A stretch of DNA of 63,026 nt, the filler included, from Globobulimina sp. (lineage: Eukaryota): NCBI GenBank assembly GCA_003354225.1. It is 27 parts of 27 records of this genome, joined end to end, with 100 filler letters (N's around TTAATTAATTAA, not from the genome) between each part and the next. Parts side by side here need not be neighbours in the genome. Positions count along the whole stretch, not along the records: positions 35,085 to 37,322 come from PIVH01007978.1; positions 37,423 to 39,660 come from PIVH01007979.1; positions 39,761 to 41,997 come from PIVH01007980.1; positions 42,098 to 44,334 come from PIVH01007981.1; positions 44,435 to 46,671 come from PIVH01007982.1; positions 46,772 to 49,008 come from PIVH01007983.1; positions 49,109 to 51,345 come from PIVH01007984.1; 20 more parts are not named here. One strand, written 5' to 3'. Positions 37,058 to 49,259 of this stretch are shown piece by piece. A model generated the notes under the pieces. That model worked only from the letters and a program-made list of their open reading frames with translations. It did no database searches and was not told where the DNA came from. How positions within the stretch are numbered: the first letter of the stretch is position 1; each line of letters begins with the position of its first letter. Made by a program: the position numbers and the translations under genes.

Positions 37058-37706
37058 TTTAGTTGATTGTTAATTGTTTGTTTTTTGATTGTTTCTAAAT
37101 TTTGTAAAATAAACTCATATTTTTATATCCAATCGGATTTGTACGTAATAAACTTGGAAAAAAACTTTACTAACTTACAATGCGATCGGATTTATATTCT
37201 TACTTAGGCATCAGCACACTAACTCTGTCGTCATTTTGCTTGCTTTGTGCGTTTGATATTGTGTGTATTGTATCAATCAGACAGGTTCTAAAAGGAAAGA
37301 CTTCAATTCCTCGATTTGACAANNNNNNNNNNNNNNNNNNNNNNNNNNNNNNNNNNNNNNNNNNNNTTAATTAATTAANNNNNNNNNNNNNNNNNNNNNN
37401 NNNNNNNNNNNNNNNNNNNNNNAAAGATTTTTTTCCTTTCCACTCATTTTTTATATTGCTGTCTCATTAATTATTATTAAAATTGGTCATTGGCGCCGTT
37501 TATTTGGGTGACTTCATACTTGGCGCATGGATTCGTTACTGCCCAGAAAACGCACATTACCTATATGTATACCTTCCGTACAATACTGTATACATAACAT
37601 ACAATATGTCAATGATGTCTGATATGCGATGAGAAAATATAGGCATACATACCTAAATGCTTACAAAACTTCTGCATAAAGTGTAGCTACATACATGTAA
37701 ATATAA

Positions 37707-38357
37707 ATGGATGTTTCAGATGTTAATTATGAAAGAAGTATTTTCAAACATTCAAAGGAAAATGAAGAGACTTGTACGGACATGAATATGGGTCTATATT
37801 TTTGGATTACACATTTTCCATGGTTCGGTGAGTGCCGCGGTCGAGTTTATGTCCCGGACGGTCGATTCACGCATATTTTGGAAACCCATTTTTCGAAGAA
37901 CAAATTACTCGATAAATCTCAATTCGATCTGCCGGTCAGCGACATATTGGCGGTTATAGGCACAGTATTGAAGTATGGTGCACCATTTTCTGTGACACCG
38001 ACATATAACACTGCTACATTTCGGCTTCATTTCGATCACCCTTTGGGATACAATATTGATAATACATTGAGGTAGGAGAATAACTTATGTATATATTCAC
38101 ATTTTTGGAAGAGTATAGAGTATGGCCTGCACATGTCCAGCATAATCTATGAAACTTAGGACACACATTATATTTAATGAATTAGTACTATATGTACAAA
38201 TATACTTAAAATATTTTTCAGTTATGCTGTGGTTATTATTATGGAGATGAGACGGATGACTATTAGAACGTGCTATCTAAATGACTGCCCCACCGATTGC
38301 CCTCATGCACATGGAGCAGAACAAAAAGACAAATCTGAATGGCCCCAATGTAAATAG
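37707..38357 (+). CDS. Putative two-exon protein resembling BECR-fold toxin RNases, with a CCCH-like tail; intron 38072-38221
   Basis: HILETHF..KSQF..FDHPLG..AVVII..IRTCYL reads in frame after AG|GT..CAG splicing; tail CYLNDCPTDCPHAHG. Confidence 0.45.
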
Positions 38358-39010
38358 CGCATTTTTTTGGCTTTTCACTATATATATATACTGTATATAT
38401 GAGTCGCTCAAAGCATAAATGTCCTTTGCACAGCTCGTGTGAGTTGCGTTTTTGAGAATATGCTCGTGTTTACAAACCCGTGCATTAAATAGTGGCGCGC
38501 TGGCGGCTGCCGAGCTAATAAATTTACGGCCGGCAGGTAGTGGAGCCATGTTCGGCGGCATCTGCTTTTCTCGAGCGTTTTGGCTGCGGCACACGCACAG
38601 CTGGTCATTATGGTCAATTTGAGTGAGGTAACATTAAAAACGATTTAGGTTTCACACTGGTCTATCGCTGTCAATGGACAAAAGGCCATAAATCTATTAT
38701 CAATTTGCCATTCTTGTAGGATAAATTTTCGTATACATACATGTTTATGTGCAATTTAGATAGATTTAGGTAGGTACTAGTATTAACTGACTGAAATGAC
38801 ATGTCAGTCGAGGTCAGGTCGTTTCTATTTGGTAATTAAATCTTTAATTGGACCGCCTTAGGGCAAAAACTATAATAAATACATGCACGTGCAGACTCAG
38901 AGTTTGTTTGAAAGAAAAGAGGCTGTTTGTGTCTATTTTCTAGGTGTTTTAATATAATTATTTGGTGCCGTTGACGGAAATATACATAAAATAGGTGACA
39001 GACACTTCAA

Positions 39011-39294
39011 TTTTTAAAATTTCAAAAAATAGTTTGCAGCAATGGATTCAGGGTCTCAAATACGTATAAATGCCATATTTAGTTTATAATGTCAAAATAT
39101 AAAATTATACTTCCTATTGGAAAGAGTACCAAATGGGGTGCCACTAGATAGACCTTCATAGTCAATGTAAGTTTGGTACTTTTCCCATTAGGACAGTTTG
39201 ATTTTGCTATGATGACTATGATTTAAATATGAAATATATACGTATTTTTCACGCTGAATCCATTGCTGATAACCATTTTCAGAAATTTTAAAAA
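39011..39294. mobile_element. Foldback/MITE-like element with imperfect arms of about 130 bp, bracketed by 38-bp direct repeats (38944-38981, 39310-39348)
   Basis: TTTTTAAAATTTC, CAGCAATGGATTCAG, AAATACGTATA and AGTACCAAA all recur as reverse complements in mirror order. Confidence 0.75.
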
Positions 39295-39485
39295 CTCACC
39301 GCGATTTCTGTGTTTTAATATTAATTATTTGTTGCCGTTGACGGAAATCTACTTATAAATCGGTAGGCTGTCCGTCTGCTGTCTGTGTGCCAGTTCCAAC
39401 CTGAAAAAACTACCCGACCGTTCGGGCTGGTTGATGGCTCATTCTGTAGCTGATGCCAAAGCATTAGTCTTAAACTACTTTTTAT

Positions 39486-39647
39486 CTGATAAGACTTACT
39501 GATAAGACTGATAAGAGAGCTTAAAGGTACTGATAAGGGCTTTACGGATTAACGGCTTGTCGGATCGGCCTGATTCCAACTGCTATCGACTCCTTACCGC
39601 CTGGCTGTCTTTCTGACAAACAATCTGACTGATAAGACTTACTGATA
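39486..39647 (+). repeat. Clusters of CTGATAAGA(CTTA) short repeats
   Basis: CTGATAAGACTTACTGATAA at 39486 and 39630 plus further CTGATAAG units. Confidence 0.7.
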
Positions 39648-39895
39648 ACGACGGATAACANNNNNNNNNNNNNNNNNNNNNNNNNNNNNNNNNNNNNNNN
39701 NNNNTTAATTAATTAANNNNNNNNNNNNNNNNNNNNNNNNNNNNNNNNNNNNNNNNNNNNTTGCTGTTGGATGTACTGTTGGAGCTGCTGTTGGATGTGC
39801 TGTTGGATTGTCTACTCATAAATTCATAATTGTCTACTCATAAATTCATTGCTAGCAACTAATATATTTACGATTTATTATATTAAACAATTGAA

Positions 39896-41829
39896 ATGGA
39901 ATCGCTACAGGAAAGAAGGAAATTATTAACTGAAAATGCGCAAAATATTAAAGATTTGCAAATAAAACATGAAGCAATAGATTCCGAAATAAACGACATC
40001 GATTCAGAAATTGTTCAGTTGCAAACTTCGTTAAACACCAAGAAACTAAAGCGCTGCGAATTAATTATACAGTGCAGAAAACATAGAAGGTCGTTAGGTG
40101 AAAAATTAATCGCTTTCAAAAAAGACCTAAATATGGTGAAAAAAGCTGAACAAGAATATAATAAAAATAACAACAAAAGAACAAAATTAAAAACTAAATC
40201 ATGGGCTGTTTATTTGAGTTCAGGTATATTTGGTATAAAAAAATCTCGAGCGTATACCTATATGAAATATGCCAACCTATATGTTGACATACAAGAATTG
40301 TATTCAACATTGCCAGACGGTACGCAGTTCAGTCTCATAAATTGTATAACTGAAGTTGAAAAATTTATTATTACAAAAAATAATCACAATCAAACATCAA
40401 TTGAGTCTGACTGTGATATAGATATTAATATATCAAATAACAACCAAGCGCAAGCTGAGTCAGATATTATTATGACTGATATCAATGCGCAGCAACCACA
40501 ACTTGAATCTGATATTATTATTATTAATCTGACCCCAGAACCACAACAAAATCCAAATATTGAACAAGAACCACTTGAACAAAAACAATCAATTCCTGCC
40601 CTTCCGGCTACACAAGTAACACAACGCAAAACAAATATAAGACCAGCTGTCTCAAATCCGCAGAAAATTGTGTTGAGGGATTATTTGATTAGAACATTCG
40701 ATTCAGTCTCAGTTCCAAGACTTAATCCAAATGTTCACCAAAATGTACAAAATAATTCCATTCTAATTTTTGGATACGTCATTTAAAGACACCATCTTCA
40801 ATCAATAAAAATCAGTGCATTGTGTGTGATGGATGCATGGACAGTAGTGCAAGACCTGCAGTGATACATAAAAACTGTAGCCATCAAATGCATGCAACCT
40901 GTATATTATTTGATAATGGTTGTCCGAAATGTCCTGTGTGTGTTGAAAACATTGAAAATATTACAGTTTTTGCAAATTCTGTACTCATAATCCTTTAAAA
41001 ATATTATGTTTTTGTATTGTTTGTTATAACAGAGCTAATTCCAGACCATATACTCGAATTATTTATAGAAACGTTTGAGAAACATGTTGTTGATCCATTA
41101 GATGCTGATGGCAAACTCAAACAAGAACTATTAAGTGAGTTACATATAAAAGATGCGTCAAACAATATGCCGGCAGAATTTGCGTATAATGTTAAAGGTT
41201 GTCGAGTGAAACATTTTCAAGGTTGGACATATATTTATGATGAAAGTGGAGAGTTAAATTGGAAATTATTCACTGGTTTGTATGAAAATAATATAGAAAT
41301 ATTTGATGAAGCAATTAATGTCGGGGAAAATAATTTTATTGAAAGAGTCAGGTGTTAAGCAACAAAAGAAATATTAAAACGTATTTTACCGTTGCTTGCG
41401 GACTGGGATTTAAAAAATAAAGAAGAAAGAGATAATGTTATGTTACAAGTTAATGGATATGGAAAAAAAGCAGCCCTAAATGCACATCATGATCTTGTAG
41501 GTGGTTTTTCAAAAAGCATGGTTTTAATTGCTTTTCATGATGGAATCTTTCATTTAGATTTGAATCTGATGAGCAATGCAACAACAGGTTGTTTTGAGAT
41601 TCCATTCAAAGCAGGCGATGTCATTATTATTAATTCCGATTCGTTTGCTGACATTGTATTTAAGCATGGAATATTTTCAAAAGATGTCAAGGATTTTCGG
41701 ATGTCCGCAGTACTGCGACAAGTTCATCTTTCAGCACATACATTGGTGTTTCCATCAAAACCGTTTGATTCATCTGAAGACTCTGACTCTTCCTCATCTG
41801 AAGATTTTTCGATGTCAGAATCATTATAA
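39896..41829 (+). CDS. Multi-exon coiled-coil, RING-H2, AlkB-like 2OG-Fe(II) dioxygenase gene with one in-frame TAA (41356-41358); possible pseudogene
   Basis: Intron 40745-40788 gives CIVC-x16-CSHQMHATC-x9-CPVC; second intron about 40981-41034; VNGY..AHHD..GDVII..KHGI..RMSAVLR. Confidence 0.65.
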
Positions 41830-42910
41830 ATCTTTCCTTTAAGTTTCGTTTTATTTACTATGATATATTTAATTAAAATCGTCCAATTTATATCAATAAA
41901 CTCTTTTTTATATATTTTAATGGCTTCGTGTATGCTCAATGTTGATTCATTCACATTTGATATTACAATCTCATTTAATGCAATTTCCGTTGATTTCNNN
42001 NNNNNNNNNNNNNNNNNNNNNNNNNNNNNNNNNNNNNNNNNTTAATTAATTAANNNNNNNNNNNNNNNNNNNNNNNNNNNNNNNNNNNNNNNNNNNNATA
42101 TTATTATTCTATGTACAATTTCGTTTTTCGTGATACAAAAACAGAGTTCCCAATTTAAGGTTTGCGGGATGAATCCGAAATTTTATGTCTTATATAATTT
42201 ATTAATGTATGTTTCAGAGCGATAATTATTCAAAAATATATTGAGAAACCCTTATTATATAATAATTGCTATAAATTTGATTTGTGTGTTTATTGCTTAG
42301 TGGCTTGTTGTAATCAATGCATTTTATTCTTCCACACTGGAAAAATGCGAGTTTGTGGAGTTAAATATAATGATCCATCGGATATCGATATGAATGATGA
42401 AGTAATGTATAAATATGGACATTTTGATTCTATGTCGGCTTCGATTGATGGACAAACAATGTTGAATGATATTGCTGTCAATAAAAAAGGATTTAAACAA
42501 GAATGGTTTGGAAAATATAAATATAATATTAATGCATATGATATGACCTTATCGAAATTTGTGTGTCTTAATTTGCGTTTGGATTCAATGGATTATACGT
42601 GTTGTATATTAGAATGTGGTACAAAAAGGTCACAGAATCGTACGTTTCTGTGGAAAGAGCGACATGGAGCGGAATCAGATTTAGGTCTTTTCTCCCATGT
42701 GGCATGACACAATCCAACCTTCAGAGTTCTTGTTGTATATACACCTTTTCTCCCATGACACAATCCAACCTTTCCTTGCACATATTTGAATTTGCTTTCT
42801 CAATTATATTTTACTATCTGTATCAACAATTTCAATTTTCGGTTCCAATTACATGCAAGTCTTGACCCAATGGCACTACTCCACATACGCGGAAATCCAC
42901 TGTAGACACA

Positions 42911-43128
42911 CACTGCAGACACAATTTATTGTGGTCCAAAAGTTGAAGTCCGATCACTGCAATGAAAATTAGCTCAATAGTTGTGACAGCAGTGATTGTA
43001 TTTTATACTTTAGAACAGCATTTATTTGAAACAGAAAAAGTTTAAAATTACATCTTGAATTTGGGATTTCAACTTTTGCGGTTGATCGCTCACCACAATA
43101 AATTAAGTCAATAGTTGTGTCTGCAGTG
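42911..43128. mobile_element. MITE with CACTG-starting TIRs
   Basis: CACTGCAGACACAA / TTGTGTCTGCAGTG perfect 14 bp; inverted AATTTATTGTGGT and CAAAAGTTGAA blocks; extra TIR-like copies at 42898 and about 42980. Confidence 0.75.
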
Positions 43129-43175
43129 TTAAATTAAATCTTTAAACAAAAAAATATGTCACAACAATTGCAATA

Positions 43176-44334
43176 TTAATCGCTATCTTCATTCATTTGT
43201 TTCTCTGAACAATTCGCTAAATGTTCCCCAAAATCTTGTGTTTTTGGTGGATGTTTTTGACAAAATGGACATTGATAATCATATACATCATCATCATATT
43301 CCTCCTCTTCCTCTTCATTAATTATATCATGTGAACTCGTTGCATCTCCAATTCCTTTTGGTGATGCAACATCCTTTAAACTCGCTGTATGAGATAATTG
43401 ACGTTGAATATCCTTTACCACAGGATCTAAATCCTCCAAATCATTCAACTCTTTATCACTTCCATCGTCATCCAACCCTTTGATATTATTATTATTATTG
43501 CCTTTCTCCTCTTTCTCCTCCCAATTCATATTTTGATTTAAACCTAAATTTGAATGAATAATTGTATTTACTAAATTAGTCTGTAGTGTCGGATTAATAT
43601 TATGTTCCGATGCTAAATGATTTTGCAACCATTTCCTTGTTATTGTCTCACCGCATAACTCACATTCAATTGTCAGCGAACCACAGTATGATTCATGTTG
43701 TTCCATTTCTAAACATTTCAGTTTCATTCCACAAAAGGAACAGCATATTTTCCTGAACGTACACTCAAAATTCTGGTGCGACTGAATTTGATTCGGAAAT
43801 AAATGCAAATGACATAAATTACATTCAATCTCTGTATGTCTGTTATGTAGTTAGTTTGCATGTTGTTGTCAGGCTCAGTTCCAAGGCAAGAATGCAACAA
43901 AAAAATACTAAACCAAAACTAAATTCACATTAAAAATAAAAACAGCGACAACAATTTTTTACGTTGTTTCCAACAAAAACAGTGTTGTTGTTTTTATTTC
44001 CGATGTGAATAACTTTTTATTTGTTATTTGTTGCATTCTCTCCCAAAATCAAGTTGACAATATACCTTAATATAATATGTCGATCCAATGCCGATTCCGT
44101 TGCAAATATCTCATTACAATTATATTCAACATGATATTTGCAATGAATATGTTTGTCCTTCATTGATTTTGCTATCACCACTGCACAAATATCACATTTC
44201 CAGTTAATATTACTGCAACGCATTGAATGCATCATAAACGCTGCTTTATTGATTAACTTCCCACAGTTTGCACACTTCTCCATATTATCCACCACCACAT
44301 CATCCGCTGTTTTATCATTCGCCGAGCCAAGCAT
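43176..44334 (-). CDS. TRAF-type/XAF1-like zinc-finger repeat protein, 5'-partial; intron 43840-44065
   Basis: Repeated C-x2-C..H..C units (CANC..HSMRC, CSFC..HESYCGS..CELC); the intron restores ILR|HTEIECNLC. Confidence 0.8.
43866..44060. repeat. Diverged foldback filling most of the 226-nt intron
   Basis: TTGTCA, AGAATGCAACAAA, ATTCACAT and AAATAAAAACA each mirrored as reverse complements. Confidence 0.8.
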
Positions 44335-44434
44335 NNNNNNNNNNNNNNNNNNNNNNNNNNNNNNNNNNNNNNNNNNNNTTAATTAATTAANNNNNNNNNN
44401 NNNNNNNNNNNNNNNNNNNNNNNNNNNNNNNNNN

Positions 44435-44953
44435 TTATTGGATAGTAACGTTATTCCGTTTGATTTAGAAAGATTTGCTGCTACTATTAAAGAATGGTTT
44501 TTGGCTAATTTAATGGCTGCAATGGGTGACTTTGAGTGTGATCCGAACGATTTTATTACGTAGCGAAATGTGACTAATGACTTATTGGAAACATTGAATG
44601 AATTTGAAACGAGTGCCGTACGAATGAATGATATGATCACTGCTGTGGCGAATAGAACTGATTCAGGGGATGTCAGTGAAGAAGATGGTAAGTTGGTGGA
44701 TGAATATAATGATTTATTGGGAGTGATATCTAAACAATTTATATATGCCGGAGGCTTACCGGAGAGAGTATGGCATAAAAATATTTTGTGGAATATTGCC
44801 ATTGAAGATGGACCAAGTAATGTTTTCCCATATATTTGGTTTGCGTTACAATATGAATGTAATGAGAATATGTTAAGAGAATCGTTTAGTATCACTCAAA
44901 ATATTATTAATGAGGCAACAGAGATGTTATTGGATTATTTGGGGAATGCATGA
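44435..44953 (+). pseudogene. Glutamate carboxypeptidase II / transferrin-receptor-like dimerisation domain, 3' part with in-frame TAG (44561-44563)
   Basis: VIPFDLERFA..., YNDLL..ISKQFI..GLPERVWHKNI; same frame on both sides of the TAG. Confidence 0.65.
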
Positions 44954-45377
44954 CAATGATTCATAAATGATTTAATTATTAAATTATTAATTTATACTTG
45001 TATGTATATACTGAGTGTGCTATAAGTCTATAACACTTTTTTTTAAAAGTTTTGAAGAAAACGGGAAAAGGTTACAGCCGTAGCCTCGATCACTGTTTAG
45101 GATTAACTGGAAAACTGGAACTCCGATCGAGTAACACAACAAGAATTCAATTGATTAGTAATGAATAGACACAAATCATATTATCAGAATAAATAAAATG
45201 TAATATGAGTACAAATATATAAAAAGTAATATGATGAGAGGTGGTACGACATACTAACCGGTAATATGATAAGTATAAGTAATACAAATTGTTTTTATGG
45301 AAATTTCTAATAAATTATTATTTTACTATTTATTTATTTTAATAATATTTTACAAATACAGTACATTCACATGATAT

Positions 45378-46028
45378 TTAATAATCATTTCGAGGTTGTT
45401 TACAATCTCTGGCCCAATGCCCATTCTGTCCACACCGATTACATTTATCTCCAAATTTATCAAACATATCTTTTTTTTGCTCTTCTGAGTTAAATCCAGA
45501 TTTACATTCACGAGCCCAATGTCCTATTTATTTTGTATTATATCATATATCATAGACAATAATATATCAATATAGTATATATATCAATATATAATGTATA
45601 ACACATCATGATCACATACCAAATTGTCCGCATCTATGACATTTATCATTATTTTGAAATTGATTGGCGTTACAATCTCTGGCCCAATGTCCCATCTTTC
45701 CACAACGAAAACATTTCTCATTTAACTCATCATTGTCATAATCTGGACAATTTCGCGCGATATGTCCATTCTGGCCGCAATGATAACATCTCTTATTATT
45801 ATTGAAGTTATTATTATAACCACCTCGGCCTCCACCACCACCGCCTCTGCCGCCTCTACCTCCACCTCCTCTGCCGCCAAACCCTCCTCTTCGAAATCCA
45901 CCACCTCCGCCTCCTCCACCTCCTCCATAATCATTGTTGTTCCTAAAACTTGGACATTCTCTCGCAAAATGACCTTGACCTCCACAATTATAACATGTGT
46001 TGTTATTGTTGTTAAACCTTTGCGCCAT
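45378..46028 (-). CDS. CNBP: CNBP/GIS2-like protein with five CCHC zinc knuckles and an RGG box; intron 45524-45619
   Basis: [14 protein letters not shown], an RGG tract and four more CxxCGxxGHxARxC; the intron restores the fourth knuckle. Confidence 0.9.
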
Positions 46029-46771
46029 TGAATCTGTTCTGTATTAAATTGCTTTCGTTTTTAACCTTTTTTGTGTTTGTTATGCATGAATTTGGAGTAG
46101 TTGTGCGAAATGAATTCGTTGCAACAAAGTAATGCTCAACTTGATGACGATGGGATGACACCTACTCCTCCGACCTAAGTTAGTTTTTCGAAATGATAAA
46201 TTTGATAAAAAAATGACCTAAAAATTGCAAGACTGGCTCGTAAGATATAAATGGAATCAACAAAGTATAAAAGAAGATTATGATTATGATATCGGAGTTT
46301 ATGCAAAAATAAATATACAACTCCGTGTTTTGTGTATAGCAAATATGAACCAAATTAATTATTTTCCCTTTGTTTCCTCTTAGATCGATTTGCTACACAT
46401 AATTTCCAAGGATTTATGTTTATTTTTGCAGATTCCAGATCCTCATCATCTGTCACCACTTAAAATTAAGTTCTTTTTTTTTTTGACAATTGACTTTGGC
46501 CAACTAAGTGATTTTCGAGACCGCGACATTTCATGTCTCCAATGTCTACACTTGTCTTTTAGATTGGCGATCCTAAATATGATTCTCATTGATTATTTTC
46601 GTATAACAGTATCTACGACGAAGCAAAAATCATATTTAGGAAAATCTAAAATCGACCCGTCCCGATTCACTNNNNNNNNNNNNNNNNNNNNNNNNNNNNN
46701 NNNNNNNNNNNNNNNTTAATTAATTAANNNNNNNNNNNNNNNNNNNNNNNNNNNNNNNNNNNNNNNNNNNN

Positions 46772-47064
46772 ATTTTTATCCGTTGCAGCGCTGTCTTGAA
46801 GAAATTTAATTGTTTTGCTTGTTGAACAGGTGCAGTTGATATGGAAATTCCTAATTCGCCGTCATAGTTTGCGCCACAACACCAATATTCGTCGTCATCT
46901 CCAACGTAAATCGTGTAATATTGTCCACAAACAATTTTGTTAATATTTTTGCCAGAGAAGAAGGCAACGTGTTGGAGGCGAGTTACTATCGCATTATTGT
47001 TATTATCAACAGACAACGCACCATAACGATTCCTGCCAATGACATAAACTTCATTCTCTGTCAT
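46772..47064 (-). CDS. RCC1-repeat protein, 3'-partial
   Basis: VYVIGRNRYGAL, INKIVCGQYYT, CCGANYDGELG. Confidence 0.85.
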
Positions 47065-47125
47065 GACACTAGCTGCGTAGTAAAGATTTATTTATGAAAG
47101 TTTTAGTAAGTCAATTCAAGGTCGA

Positions 47126-48619
47126 ATGGGAAGTATTTCAAGTCTATCAAATCCAAGCGGGTTGGAGGACGATGATGGCGAGGAAAGAGATTGTTTGATC
47201 AAACTAGAAAGTAAATCATTGGAATCCAATATTCCACACGGCTCAGATGTTGTGAATCAACATACAAATAATTCTAACTTAACTTTAACCGCATTGCACA
47301 ACCATTTAATGTATAATTCTCCATTAAACGGACTGAATGCACAAAATGATACAATGGCTTTCATTTCGTTTATAATATCTGAATATGCAGCGATTGGAAA
47401 ATGTATCAACACAACTCTTGAATTGAAAGCATTCATTAAATCCGCAAACAATATGAATTCGCTCCGACCGCACACATTTGAAAAGATGTTATGTGGCTGT
47501 TCATGGAATGGCATTCTGTACATAATAAATCCAATAAATAGCAATAACTTAAATGGCAGCATCTATGCAATTAATGGTGGTTATCACCCACCGACATTGC
47601 AGCAGTTGACGCTGTCGGAAATCCCATCATCATCCAACATTTCATTTGATCCAAATCTATGCTGCACAATATCGCATATTTTGAATGTTAAATCGAATTC
47701 GAATGATAAATATAGATTTGATGCACATACATCGATGATCATCGATGGTTTAGTTTTATGCAATTCCGAATTAAACACTATTTATGCGTATTCAATGATA
47801 TCTGGTTTGTATAAAATGAAACAATTCGCTAAAACGGAGAGTCATAATGATATTGAAAGATGTGAGGTAATTATTAATTTATGGAGACAAAACATCGACG
47901 CTTTTGTATTGACTTCGAAATTTAACTTATTTGGCATTAAAATAACGCAGAAAACAGTTACAATTGAACAGATTTGTACGTTTAACGATGCTGTGGCTGA
48001 TATTGGCGATATTGAGTATTTTGTGGATTATGTGGATTGTTGGTATGATATCAGTACAAAATGCTTGTTTTTAATTTATAAGGATATTAACCGAAAAACA
48101 GTCCGTTTTAAAGTATATAAATCCGACAGAACTATATATTTAGTGGATGATGAGGAGAATTTGGATGATTCTGACTTAGGGCTCACACGCATTGAGGTCG
48201 AATATGAAACGCCGAGGGATGGGTTACGGACATTGTATGATATTGAAATTGCAAAGGAATTGAAACAATGTTTGGATGATTCTTATTTTTTGAGCTCGAA
48301 ATCGTTTTTATTTTATCATAAAATATCAAAATGTTTATTGTTGATATTTAAAGGGTATATGGTTCAATTTGCAATTGATTTCAATAACAAACAAATAAAA
48401 ACCTTAAATATTGGCACGATGAACAGTATTAACGATGTGATGAGAAATCGCAGTGATAATTTAAACATTTATGATCATATTATTGGTTATGATGAGTTTA
48501 GAGCGGTCTTCCTATTAAATTTTAAGAAATGTAGAAAAGAATTAAGTTTGGTGTATAAATTTAATATCTCCGCTATCAGAGCAATGGATGTGGCTTCAAA
48601 TTGGAGAAATATAACATAA
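47126..48619 (+). CDS. Hypothetical 497-aa protein
   Basis: Long ATG-to-TAA ORF; N-terminal MGSISS could be a myristoylation motif. Confidence 0.7.
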   Translation: MGSISSLSNPSGLEDDDGEERDCLIKLESKSLESNIPHGSDVVNQHTNNSNLTLTALHNHLMYNSPLNGLNAQNDTMAFISFIISEYAAIGKCINTTLELKAFIKSANNMNSLRPHTFEKMLCGCSWNGILYIINPINSNNLNGSIYAINGGYHPPTLQQLTLSEIPSSSNISFDPNLCCTISHILNVKSNSNDKYRFDAHTSMIIDGLVLCNSELNTIYAYSMISGLYKMKQFAKTESHNDIERCEVIINLWRQNIDAFVLTSKFNLFGIKITQKTVTIEQICTFNDAVADIGDIEYFVDYVDCWYDISTKCLFLIYKDINRKTVRFKVYKSDRTIYLVDDEENLDDSDLGLTRIEVEYETPRDGLRTLYDIEIAKELKQCLDDSYFLSSKSFLFYHKISKCLLLIFKGYMVQFAIDFNNKQIKTLNIGTMNSINDVMRNRSDNLNIYDHIIGYDEFRAVFLLNFKKCRKELSLVYKFNISAIRAMDVASNWRNIT

Positions 48620-48817
48620 AACATTGTATATATAAATCTCTCGAGTGCAGTTAATTAAATTTATATAGCAATTAATAAATACAGCAACGTTAATTGTTCC
48701 ATTTCAATTCAAGCGAACATTCTTTTATAAAAAAGTGAAAAAGTTTTATAGTTTCTTCGCTACAATTTTAAGACTCAGAAAAGAACTACCAACAAACACA
48801 AGGTAGGTAAAGGTATT

Positions 48818-48950
48818 CATATTAATGCTATATTAATGCATTTTTTTTGAGAGCTGTTTTTCTAGCATTCATAAAAAGCATTAGCATAGATATTAATGCT
48901 CAAAAAGATGAAAGATATTAATGCTATGTTAATGCATCATATTTATGCTA
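48818..48950. repeat. Cluster of TATTAATGC-like units in both orientations
   Basis: At least five (A)TATTAATGC(T)-like units plus inverted AGCATT/TAGCAT. Confidence 0.6.
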
Positions 48951-49259
48951 ATTTTTAATTAATAGAAAAAAAAAGAAAGAAATATTTATTTAATATACAA
49001 ATTATATGNNNNNNNNNNNNNNNNNNNNNNNNNNNNNNNNNNNNNNNNNNNNTTAATTAATTAANNNNNNNNNNNNNNNNNNNNNNNNNNNNNNNNNNNN
49101 NNNNNNNNACCAATTTCTCCAAATAAGTCGTGTAAATTACCGTCCATTCACAAACTACCGTCTCCAAAGAAGTCCTCTATTAATTCAGATCTTGTTAATA
49201 AAGACGCAAATAATATAAAAAAATTCCGATGCCACACAACCAGAAAACACCGGAAAAAC

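Noticed and set aside
39761-39850. 12-bp and 21-bp tandem repeats at the contig start
   Set aside because: Look like a Pro-Thr repeat coding remnant and a local duplication; too short to interpret.
42282-42707. 141-aa ORF as a defined gene
   Set aside because: No recognisable motif and the 3' end runs into short direct repeats; possibly a gene fragment but unsupported.
44561-44563. Genome-wide stop-codon reassignment (e.g. TAR = Gln)
   Set aside because: Several ORFs of 600-750 aa contain no internal stop, and TAA, TGA and TAG all end genes here.
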